From Ktedonobacterales bacterium (GTDB lineage Bacteria > Chloroflexota > Ktedonobacteria > Ktedonobacterales > JADMIN01), in NCBI GenBank assembly GCA_030167145.1, contig CP126532.1, positions 4,230,001-4,262,000 of the forward strand: 32,000 nucleotides of DNA. Reading direction: 5' to 3'. Shown in pieces: positions 22,999 to 30,728 of this stretch. The first letter of the stretch is position 1. Each line of letters opens with the position of its first letter. The position numbers were made by a program, and so were the translations under genes. The notes below the pieces were generated by a model that worked only from the letters and a program-made list of their open reading frames with translations, was not told where the DNA came from and did not search any database.

Positions 22999-23885
22999 CG
23001 CCGGAGCCAGTCGAGGTCGCGGCTGATGAGCAGTTCGGTCATTTTGGCGTGGTGGGTGTTCTTCATGGCGATGGTTTCCGTGTCGAAGCCATGTTTGCGC
23101 GCCAAATCACGAACGCCCTCCGCGTCGTCATAGGTCATGAGGAAGTTGCCGCGCAATGTGCTCGCGATGACGAATAGTTCGTCGTGATCCAGGTCGGAGC
23201 AGGTATAGAGGCGGCTGCCAGCCCTCTTGCCTGCCGCAGTGTAGGGCGGGTCAATGAAGAAGACGGCGTCATCGTGGTGGGCGAATGCTCGCATCACATC
23301 CAGGCCGTCGCCTTCGATGAAAGTGAGGCGCTCACGAACCCGCGCGATGTCGAGGATGCGCCGCTTCAGAGTTGTGGGATACCAGCGCGAGGCAAGCCCT
23401 CTGCCATCTTCGCCATACTTGATTAATCCAGCGCCGGGTGCGAGTATGCCACCGCGTTGCACACGGTTCTTGAGAATGGTGCGGAACGCCTTTGCTTGCG
23501 GCGTCGGGTCGTCGTTCGCGAGCGCGGTTGCTACTTCTTCGGGCGTGAGCTCGAATTGCGCGATTTGGAGCGCGAGCCAATCTGCGTCGCCCTCGATAAT
23601 GGTATGCCACACTGCCGCTACCTGATCGTCTAGCTCCACCATGAGTATGTGCTCGGCAAGTTTCTCGAAAGCAGCCGTCAGGCTGACGATGCCACCGCCC
23701 GCGAACGGCTCTATCAGGAGCGCGGAGAGCGGGTGGCGACTGCGGAGCCAGCGCCTGACGCGCGGAATGAGCCAGGTTTTGCCGCCGGGATAGCGAAACG
23801 GGCTGCGCTGTGGTACGGATGCCACATTCACGATGTCCGCATATACATCCGCTTGCCCGTCAGAGAACAATGCCATCTGCCGCAT
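22995..23885 (-). CDS. Dam-like (D12 class, alpha-group) N6-adenine DNA methyltransferase
   Basis: N-terminal FRYPGGK, motif I LIEPFAGGG, then motif IV FFIDPPY (alpha order). The 3' end overlaps the convergent DinB gene by 4 nt at a CTAG. GC about 55%. Confidence 0.85.
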   Translation of the reverse strand: MRQMALFSDGQADVYADIVNVASVPQRSPFRYPGGKTWLIPRVRRWLRSRHPLSALLIEPFAGGGIVSLTAAFEKLAEHILMVELDDQVAAVWHTIIEGDADWLALQIAQFELTPEEVATALANDDPTPQAKAFRTILKNRVQRGGILAPGAGLIKYGEDGRGLASRWYPTTLKRRILDIARVRERLTFIEGDGLDVMRAFAHHDDAVFFIDPPYTAAGKRAGSRLYTCSDLDHDELFVIASTLRGNFLMTYDDAEGVRDLARKHGFDTETIAMKNTHHAKMTELLISRDLDWLRR

Positions 23886-23931
23886 ACTTCACCTGTCTCC
23901 CCTCGCCTATGGCAGAGTGTGCTATCACGTA

Positions 23932-23940
23932 ATACTACCA
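23932..23940 (-). promoter_or_regulatory. Extended -10 candidate TGgTAGTAT (own promoter for the Dam-like methyltransferase)
   Basis: The minus strand reads TTGACG-19 nt-TAGTAT with TG one base upstream of the -10. About 45 nt before the ATG at 23885. Confidence 0.35.
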
Positions 23941-23977
23941 ATGAGAAGTACGCAAGCGTCAAACGAACGCGGAAATT

Positions 23978-24001
23978 CCAGCACATAATTCTGTGCGCTG
24001 G
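23978..24001 (-). terminator. Imperfect hairpin between the endonuclease and methyltransferase genes, flanked by direct repeats CGCGGAAAT
   Basis: CCAGCAC-ataattct-GTGC(G)CTGG. CGCGGAAAT occurs at 23968-23976 and 24009-24017. Begins 16 nt after the endonuclease stop. No clear U-tract. Confidence 0.3.
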
Positions 24002-24016
24002 TACCGTGCGCGGAAA

Positions 24017-24943
24017 TCACATATCGTCAGGATCATCGAGCAGCGCAGGCGCTATGGGGGGATTGCCGCCATCCAACTTCTGATCGAGCCTGGTCTGTAG
24101 ATGCTGGATGAAGTCTTCCACAGGACCAGCCACTGGGGTGGTAATCGTCGCCAAGGCAGGAGTGAACATAGTATAGATTGTTTCGTCGCGGACGAGCCGA
24201 TACCGATTCTGTACCGTATCGAGATGAAGGTCGTAAACAAAGAAGGCCATGTCAGCAACGCTTGGGTCTACCGCAGCCAGCGTTGGGAGTGTTGTGTAGA
24301 AACTGCGATCTATCGCAACTGCTAATTTCTTACTCCATCCATTGATGATGCCACCTTTATAGATCAGTTGCGGCGCCAGGCGCTTGCGCGAAGATGAGAG
24401 GAAATCTGGGCGAACCTGTCCCGTCCACTCCATATTGTAGCGGTTCGCTGGGTCTTGCAAATAGTATTCGAATGGCCGACGCACGTTCCCGCTGATATAT
24501 ACCGCTTGCACCTCCAGTGCTCCGAACTCGGTTAGCCGACCAGCGTCATCGTATGCGACCAGCACCAAATCAATATTCCCAGCGGCTTCGCCATGCTTGT
24601 CGTTTAGCCGTATTTCGGTAAGGGATGTCCATTTGGTGCCAGCCGAAAAGAAGAAATTCGCGGCATCCTCAGCGATCAGCCAATCCTGGCGAAATCGTAT
24701 GGGGCAGGTGATAACCGCGTCCATGCCGCTATGGACGCTACACACACCAAGCGGATTCTCGGCTTTATCCTTTGTGCAGGACGGCACTTTGTTGTTATAT
24801 GGGCAGAGCCGATTTCTCCGATATCGTTCGGCATCTAAAGAAAGATTGTCCGGGGGAAATCCAAATACTTCGGCAAGTGGCTGCCCAGCCATTGTCGTTG
24901 TTCCTTTTCGCCAATCCATATCAAACTGTGCGTTTGTTTCCAT
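24017..24943 (-). CDS. NotI-family type II restriction endonuclease
   Basis: A four-Cys cluster (CPY-x7-C-x10-GVC-x12-CP-x-RF) laid out like the NotI Fe-Cys4 module. IDLVLV...FGALEVQAV matches the D...ExQ nuclease core as I recall it from NotI (LEIQTMDF). First ATG at 24943; the ATG at 24892 with AAGGA upstream is an alternative; the track starts at a TTG at 24961. GC about 45-50%. Confidence 0.7.
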   Translation of the reverse strand: METNAQFDMDWRKGTTTMAGQPLAEVFGFPPDNLSLDAERYRRNRLCPYNNKVPSCTKDKAENPLGVCSVHSGMDAVITCPIRFRQDWLIAEDAANFFFSAGTKWTSLTEIRLNDKHGEAAGNIDLVLVAYDDAGRLTEFGALEVQAVYISGNVRRPFEYYLQDPANRYNMEWTGQVRPDFLSSSRKRLAPQLIYKGGIINGWSKKLAVAIDRSFYTTLPTLAAVDPSVADMAFFVYDLHLDTVQNRYRLVRDETIYTMFTPALATITTPVAGPVEDFIQHLQTRLDQKLDGGNPPIAPALLDDPDDM

Positions 24944-25138
24944 TGTTACACTGCATGTCAAGCACGCGCTTCAATGGGCGGAGATGTGGTAGCGTATACA
25001 TCAATGCTCGTCGTGCAGACATAGGCGGACCATGCACTCCACATGCGCAGCGAATCGCGTTCGCGAGAGGTTTCGGAGGCGGACGGCGTATGTGTTGAGG
25101 ATGAGTTGCGCGCCTAGAGCCACTGAAGAAGACTGGAA

Positions 25139-26239
25139 GTGACAGCCATGCCGCGGGGAAATAGTGCTCCCACGAGTATCGTGAAGCTGGAAGCGGAGCC
25201 GCTGGATATTCCGCTGATCGAGCCGTTCGCCATTGCCACGGGGCGCGTGACATCGGCGCGCAATGTGCTGGTGCGGGTCACGCTGGCGGATGGCACGGTC
25301 GGGCTGGGCGAGGCTGCGCCGTTCCCGCCGAGCGGCGGCGAGACGCAAGAGACGGCGCTGGCGGCGGTGCGCGGCATGGCGCCGCTGGTGGAGGGGTACG
25401 ACGCGGCGGGGTGGCGTCCGCTGGCGAAGCGGCTGCTGGCGAGCTTCGAGCATCAGGAGACGGCACGCGCGGGTGTGGAGATGGCGGTGCTGGACGCACT
25501 CACGCGGGTGTGGAATACGCCGCTCTTCCAGTTCTGTGGCGGCGTGGAGAGCCGGGTGGTGAGCGACATCACCATTCCTATCGAGGGCCCGGCCCACATG
25601 GCGGAACTGGCCGAACGCTACGCGTCGGACGGCGCGACGACGCTGAAATTGAAGGTGGGGACGGATCTCGACGATGATATTGATCGCGTGCTCGCCGTCG
25701 CCGAGGCCGCGCCGGACTGTGATCTAATTCTGGATGGCAACCAGGGCTACCAGCCAATAGACGCCGTAGACCTTATTGCCTCGCTGGCCGATGAAGAAGT
25801 CTATCCGATTCTGTTCGAGCAGCCGGTACACCGGCACGACCTGGAAGGGCTGCGCTTTGTGACTGAGCGGGTGGGGGCGCCGGTCGCGGCTGATGAGAGC
25901 GTGCATACGGCGGCGGATGCGCTGCGGGTGGCACGGATGGGCGCAGCGAATGTGGTGAATATCAAGCTGATGAAATCGGGGCTGGTGGAGGCGATGGAGA
26001 TTGCCGCCGTCTGTCGCGCCGCGCACCTGGACTTGATGATTGGCGCGATGATCGAATCGCGGCTGGCTATCGCCGCCGCCGCGCATCTGGTGGCGGGGAT
26101 GGGCGGCTTCCGCTATGTGGACCTGGATACGCCTATGCTGCTCGCCAGCGATCCGTTTAGTGGCGGTTATGCGCAAGATGGCTTTATCTATACCCTCGAT
26201 CCCAGCCAGCCGGGCCACGGTGTCAGCGTCGAAGAGTGA
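25139..26239 (+). CDS. Dipeptide epimerase (L-Ala-D/L-Glu epimerase-like), enolase superfamily MLE subgroup
   Basis: LKLKVG (KxK), DGNQGY, FEQP, ADES and NIKLMKSG catalytic/metal ligand pattern. Coordinates taken from the ORF track. Confidence 0.75.
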   Translation: MTAMPRGNSAPTSIVKLEAEPLDIPLIEPFAIATGRVTSARNVLVRVTLADGTVGLGEAAPFPPSGGETQETALAAVRGMAPLVEGYDAAGWRPLAKRLLASFEHQETARAGVEMAVLDALTRVWNTPLFQFCGGVESRVVSDITIPIEGPAHMAELAERYASDGATTLKLKVGTDLDDDIDRVLAVAEAAPDCDLILDGNQGYQPIDAVDLIASLADEEVYPILFEQPVHRHDLEGLRFVTERVGAPVAADESVHTAADALRVARMGAANVVNIKLMKSGLVEAMEIAAVCRAAHLDLMIGAMIESRLAIAAAAHLVAGMGGFRYVDLDTPMLLASDPFSGGYAQDGFIYTLDPSQPGHGVSVEE

Positions 26240-26241
26240 GA

Positions 26242-27678
26242 TCACTCGCCATCGTCGGCGCGTGCGCTGGAATCGCTGGCAATGCCGAATTTCGCACGGA
26301 GCGCCACCTGCCACGCGCTCTCGCCCACTGGCTGCGCGCCGTTGTCCGCGTCGTCACTGCTCCATTTGAGTGGGCCATCGGTGCGGGTGGCGCGCTGGCG
26401 GCGCACGGACTGGGCCTGCTCCAGGTGCTCCATCGCGGTGTGTGCGGCCTGCCGCACGTCGCGCACGGGATCGGCTAGAAGTGGACGAATTTCAAGAATC
26501 GCGCTACGGTCGCGCAGTCGCCCGATGGCTCGCGCTGCGCTGGCGCGCTCTTCTGAGCTGGGCGCGGAGAGATAGGGGCGCAGGTCTGGCGCGAGGCGCT
26601 CCAATTCCAGGTCGGTGATCAGGCGTATCACGCGCGTCAGGTGGTGGGGGTGGCGCACAGCCGCCAGCGCCTGGCGCAGCGCCGCCTCTTGCGCGCGCAT
26701 ATCGCTGGAGATGCCCGCCTCGGCGACGGCCTGGGCGGCGGGGTGTGGGCGCGCGCCATCCAGATAGGGCAGAATCCACTCGGCGACGGCGGGCAGTGGC
26801 TCATCGGCCGCTGTCTCGTAGAGCGTGATCTTCTCCGGGTAATGCGCGGCCAGCCAGGTATAAAGCGCGAAGGTCATCTCGGCGTCGCGCGCCGCGTAGG
26901 CAACCATCGCGGGCGTCAATGGGCGGCGCGACCAATCGGCCCTCTGCATGCTCTTATCCAGCCGCACACCACTGGCGCGCTGGAGCATGGTTTGCAAGCC
27001 GGATTCTTGTTGCCCGAAGATGGCCCGGCTGACCGCTTCGACATCGAGCGTGTGGCGTGCAATCAGGTCGCGGGCGGCCAGCACCCGCGCATCAGAGCCG
27101 ATGCTGTGAAACACTTTGAGAATCGCTGGATGCTCAAACGCCGCGCGCAATGGCGAGAGATCGGCGATACGCAGCGCATCCACGACATACGAGACGCGGT
27201 AGTCGTTATCGCAGGCGATCTGCACCAACGCGAGCCGGTGTGAAGGCTCGTCAGGCTGGCGCACGCGCGCCTGAGCGAACTCCGCGTCGAGGGCGATGAC
27301 GTGTGCCCCGGCGAGATCGGTGGCGAGGGCAATGAGGTCGCCGGGACGCTCGACGAGGACACGCCGCTGCCAGGTGGGCGCCGCGACTTGCGGGGGCGTG
27401 GGACCAAGATACCCTGCCGGGTCGGTCGAGTGCTCATCGCGTTTGCTCGAAGTGCTATGCGGTTGGCCCGCGCCCGCTGCCTTGGTATGTCCAGTTCTCG
27501 CGCTCGACATGGCAGGCGGTGTAGTGGATGCCGCCGTTGCGCTTACTGGCGCGCGCTTTCCCTCGTTGCTCCGGACCCGCCTGCGCCGCGTTGTCGCGGA
27601 TGTAGCCGACTTCTGCCGTTCACCTCGCTCCTCGTTCCCCATCGCCTTCCCTTTTGCTGTCTCCGCTTGCCTCAGCAT
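26242..27678 (-). CDS. RNase D-like DEDDy 3'-5' exonuclease with basic low-complexity N-terminus and C-terminal HEAT-like repeats
   Basis: IALDAEF (ExoI), HSIGSDARVL (ExoII) and YAARDAEMTFALY (ExoIII, Y-x3-D). The C-terminal AARAIGRLRDRSAILEIRPLLADPVRDVRQAA is HEAT/PBS-like. An alternative start is possible at Met13. Confidence 0.7.
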   Translation of the reverse strand: MLRQAETAKGKAMGNEERGERQKSATSATTRRRRVRSNEGKRAPVSATAASTTPPAMSSARTGHTKAAGAGQPHSTSSKRDEHSTDPAGYLGPTPPQVAAPTWQRRVLVERPGDLIALATDLAGAHVIALDAEFAQARVRQPDEPSHRLALVQIACDNDYRVSYVVDALRIADLSPLRAAFEHPAILKVFHSIGSDARVLAARDLIARHTLDVEAVSRAIFGQQESGLQTMLQRASGVRLDKSMQRADWSRRPLTPAMVAYAARDAEMTFALYTWLAAHYPEKITLYETAADEPLPAVAEWILPYLDGARPHPAAQAVAEAGISSDMRAQEAALRQALAAVRHPHHLTRVIRLITDLELERLAPDLRPYLSAPSSEERASAARAIGRLRDRSAILEIRPLLADPVRDVRQAAHTAMEHLEQAQSVRRQRATRTDGPLKWSSDDADNGAQPVGESAWQVALRAKFGIASDSSARADDGE

Positions 27679-27937
27679 GTTCTCATCCGCGTGCGTGTCA
27701 CCTGGATGGTGTTTTCAGTATACGTGCCCGCAGTCGGTGAAGCAAAGAGCGCCTTACCGCATCGCACTGCGCCGTAGCTCATGTATGGCGCCAGGACGCC
27801 ACAAGTAGTATTGCGGAATACTGTTGAGGCTCTGGTTCGTTTGGATATTTTGAGAGGCTGTTGACGCCTCAATGGCATGCCGTGTCCGCGGACCACTTCG
27901 CCCAACCCAACAGAAGTCCCGTTGGGAAGCGAGATGG

Positions 27938-27966
27938 TTGACAGGCAAGCTGGACGCTGGTACACT
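27938..27966 (+). promoter_or_regulatory. Sigma-70-type promoter TTGACA-17 nt-TACACT (surface protein gene)
   Basis: Perfect -35, 17-nt spacer and a good -10. Gives a leader of about 135 nt containing the 7-bp stem GTGGTAC...GTACCAC. Confidence 0.5.
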
Positions 27967-28106
27967 CGCTTCGTATTTCTGTGGTACCGCCTGCCCGCGT
28001 GAGGTGTGTACCACCGGTGTGAAGACCTCGCCCTCATTGCGATTGATGGCACGTTACGGAATCCTGGAGTGGTGTTTTGGTGAATGGAGAGGAGGCGCCG
28101 CGCTTC

Positions 28107-29534
28107 ATGGCAAGAAACCTGATCGCCCACACGCCTGAAATAGGGGAGGCCCCGTCGCGGCGTTCCCGCACACGCCCGGCTCGCTGGATGTTCCTGGGAA
28201 CACTCCCATTCGTTGCGCTGTTGCTCATATCTATCTGGGCGCCCAGCGCGGCGTTCGCGCAGCCTGCGTTGCCCTATGGCGGCACGGATTGTCAGGCGCA
28301 TCCTGAGCAGTGCGTCTCGGTCACGCCGGGCTATGGGACCGCCGGCACAAGCGTGACGGTGAATGGCAGCAACCTCAAGCCGGGGCATAGCGTCTCAGTT
28401 GGCTATAGCAGCGGCGATTGCAGCAGTGGTGTCACGGCTATTGGCAATAAGGCTGTCGTTGATGGCAATGGCAATGTGAAGATTGTGGTCCAGTGGCCCA
28501 ACACGCCCGCTGGGAAGTACGTCATCTGCCTCACTGATACCACCACTGGCACGGTGATCACCGCGCCCGGCAGTTTCACTGTGCTCTCGCCCGCGATTCA
28601 GGCTACGAATCCCGCTACGTCCGGCCAGCCGATTACGGTAACCGGCACGGGCTTCTGGCCGACGAGCGCGCAGGGTGGCGGACAGGTGGAGGTGCTCTGG
28701 GGCGCAGATGGCTCCAATGGCTGCACGACCAGCGCCACCACGGCCACGGTTGCCGACGATGGCACGTTCAGCGCCACATTCAATGCGCCGTTTGAGCCGC
28801 AAGATACGAACATCGTGATCGCCGCCGTGGAGCCGCAAGGCTCCTGCGCGGCGACGCCGCGACTTTCCGCGACGGCCAAGGTGCTGGTCAAGTCCAAGGC
28901 TGGCGCATTCACACCGACTATCACGGTGAATGGCACGATCACCGCTGGCGATAGCGTTTCGGTGACCGGCACAGGCTTCAATCCTTCGGGCGGCACGGTG
29001 CAGATTCTTTGGGGCGCGCAAGGCTCCGACGGCTGCACGACGGCGCTGACGACCACCAGCGTAAACGCGAACGGCGGTTTTACTACGACGTTCACAGCGC
29101 CATCAGTGGACCCGAAGAAGAGCGCCACGATTCTCGTCACCGCCGTCCAGCCGAACGGCGCGTGCAAACAGGCGACGGCGCTGAAGGCGCAGACGAGCGT
29201 CAATGATAATCCGAAGGCTTCGAGCGGCAACCCGCCGATCAGCCAGTGGACCGTCGTCTTCTGTTTGATTGGCTTGTTGCTGCTGCTACTCTTGCTGCTC
29301 TTGCTGCTGCTGCTCTTCCGCCGCCGCAGCCAGCAACAACCGGTGACGCTTGAAGAACAAGATCAGGTTGTTGTGAATGCGAATCAGGCTGGCGCTGGTG
29401 GCGCACAGGTGCAGCGCAACATCGTTGCCCGCGACGCCCAGGGCAATGTGACGCCGGTGGCCTCGGAGACCTATCGCAGCCAGGACGACATGGTTGACCT
29501 GGATGACCCCGGTGGTTCGGGTGGTGGGTATTAG
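28107..29534 (+). CDS. Cell-surface protein with three Ig-like (IPT/TIG-type) repeats and a C-terminal poly-Leu transmembrane anchor
   Basis: Signal peptide (..LLLISIWAPSAAFA). Three related modules of about 100 aa (VTVNGSNL.., ITVTGTGFWP.., VSVTGTGFNP..), each with two Cys. TM segment FCLIG-L14-F followed by RRR and an acidic tail. The ATG at 28107 lies 11 nt after GGAGAGGAGG. Confidence 0.65.
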   Translation: MARNLIAHTPEIGEAPSRRSRTRPARWMFLGTLPFVALLLISIWAPSAAFAQPALPYGGTDCQAHPEQCVSVTPGYGTAGTSVTVNGSNLKPGHSVSVGYSSGDCSSGVTAIGNKAVVDGNGNVKIVVQWPNTPAGKYVICLTDTTTGTVITAPGSFTVLSPAIQATNPATSGQPITVTGTGFWPTSAQGGGQVEVLWGADGSNGCTTSATTATVADDGTFSATFNAPFEPQDTNIVIAAVEPQGSCAATPRLSATAKVLVKSKAGAFTPTITVNGTITAGDSVSVTGTGFNPSGGTVQILWGAQGSDGCTTALTTTSVNANGGFTTTFTAPSVDPKKSATILVTAVQPNGACKQATALKAQTSVNDNPKASSGNPPISQWTVVFCLIGLLLLLLLLLLLLLLFRRRSQQQPVTLEEQDQVVVNANQAGAGGAQVQRNIVARDAQGNVTPVASETYRSQDDMVDLDDPGGSGGGY

Positions 29535-29579
29535 CCGCGCATAAGGCCGAACGCAATCACGAATTGCTGTTGAGATGAT

Positions 29580-29619
29580 GCGCCGCGATCTTTGGTTTCA
29601 CCGCCGGAGATCGCGGCGC
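29580..29619 (+). terminator. Terminator-like hairpin after the surface protein gene
   Basis: Perfect 12-bp stem GCGCCGCGATCT / AGATCGCGGCGC with a 16-nt loop, 46 nt after the stop. The trailing GTCGTTGTG is only weakly U-rich. Confidence 0.45.
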
Positions 29620-29713
29620 GTCGTTGTGCCCAGGCTGATGGAGCAACGTGGAGCGCGCGACGGGTGAATCAAGCACATCTATCAGATTTCTGCTAGCCGC
29701 TCGTTGGCGCGTA

Positions 29714-29722
29714 TGGTATACT
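29714..29722 (+). promoter_or_regulatory. Extended -10 candidate TGgTATACT (mini-ORF / XRE regulator leader)
   Basis: GTATGGTATACTTG is the third TGnTATACT in the window, about 120 nt upstream of the mini-ORF. Confidence 0.35.
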
Positions 29723-29841
29723 TGCGCCATTGAGGTGACATGACCCGTCTCAAACGGGCATCTCTGCGCGGTATTGTCGCCAGTGTGGCGACGAAGCGAA
29801 CCTCTACCCCCTATATCCTCACCTCAGGAGGACGGGAGCCA

Positions 29842-29907
29842 ATGTTAACAGTTATCTTGGTGAAAACCGCGGGTGATACAGGCACGGCGCTGACCGGCGT
29901 GCGCTAG
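29842..29907 (+). CDS. Candidate mini-ORF, 21 aa (MLTVILVKTAGDTGTALTGVR)
   Basis: ATG lies about 10 nt after AGGAGG (29826-29831), in the long leader upstream of the XRE regulator. The stop codon sits inside a 16-bp perfect palindrome. Confidence 0.25.
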   Translation: MLTVILVKTAGDTGTALTGVR

Positions 29908-29913
29908 CGCACG
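29898..29913. promoter_or_regulatory. 16-bp perfect palindrome CGTGCGCTAGCGCACG (possible operator)
   Basis: Perfect dyad centred on the TAG stop of the mini-ORF, 150 nt upstream of the XRE-family regulator. Confidence 0.3.
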
Positions 29914-30062
29914 TGCGTCCCGCACACAAATGACGCCTGACGTCCATCCTACGCGCACGTCCGAAGGGTGAGTTGTACCCACTTATGGGCGACAACATCC
30001 GTTAACCGGATGCCGTGGATGGATACCATCCCGTTACCGTTACACCAGGAGAACTGAATACT

Positions 30063-30662
30063 ATGGCCACCGATGGCACGCCGGAACCGGCGGCAAAGCG
30101 GTGCGGCGAAGCGATAGCGCGACTGCGAACGACGCGGCGCTGGTCACGGGCACAATTGGTAATCCGCCTGTTTGACGAACTCGCCCCCGATGATCCCAGC
30201 TATAACAGCATCAGCGAGACATGGCTTGCGCGCCTGGAGAATGGGCGCATGGTCAAGGTGCCACGCCAGACCGTCGAAGCGATCTGCCGTGCGCTGCGAT
30301 GCACACCCCAGGAACGCGCCGTGGTGCTGCTGCATGCCGACCGGAACGTTCTGACCGACCACGAACACGAGCCAACCGTCACGGGCGAGCTATTAACCTA
30401 CGTGGTAGACCGCCTGCATACCGAGGCGCACGACGTGCTCAACACCCTGGTTGGGCATCGCGACCTTGCTACGCTCGATGAGTTGGAACTACTCGAAATC
30501 ACCTCCACAGCGCTGGATTTGCTGATCGCACGCCGCTGCAAGCAGCAGAGCGTTGGCGATGGCCGCGCGGCAGTGAGTGGCACGTTCGCACGCAATGGCC
30601 ACAATGGCCATAACGGTCATATCACGCTGGTGCCACGCCTGAGCAGCAAGACCGGCGCATAG
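30063..30662 (+). CDS. XRE-family helix-turn-helix transcriptional regulator
   Basis: N-terminal IARLRTTRRWSRAQLVIRL...ISETWLARLENGR HTH pattern. The ATG at 30063 follows AGGAGA. The C-terminal half is unassigned and ends in an (NGH)3 repeat. Confidence 0.65.
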   Translation: MATDGTPEPAAKRCGEAIARLRTTRRWSRAQLVIRLFDELAPDDPSYNSISETWLARLENGRMVKVPRQTVEAICRALRCTPQERAVVLLHADRNVLTDHEHEPTVTGELLTYVVDRLHTEAHDVLNTLVGHRDLATLDELELLEITSTALDLLIARRCKQQSVGDGRAAVSGTFARNGHNGHNGHITLVPRLSSKTGA

Positions 30663-30728
30663 GTCTGGGCGCACCGTGCGTGCGCTCAGACACCACCCAC
30701 ACAACAACTATGATGAGGATGTTTTCCC

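Noticed and set aside
22093-25138. A mobile element (integrase, transposase, tRNA target or flanking direct repeats) that could explain the low-GC R-M island. I looked for the same around the propeller gene and the mod TRD patch.
   Set aside because: No recombinase-like ORF, tRNA gene or flanking direct or inverted repeat could be identified by eye. Horizontal origin rests on composition alone.
25081-25261. An apparent one-base inconsistency between my hand reading of the printed sequence and the supplied ORF translations on both strands (epimerase start region), which could look like a frameshift.
   Set aside because: The supplied translations (25139..26239+, 25114..25377-, 24772..25098+) are mutually consistent and the epimerase is intact. 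The offsets fall exactly at printed line boundaries. I treat it as my own reading or indexing error and used the track coordinates.
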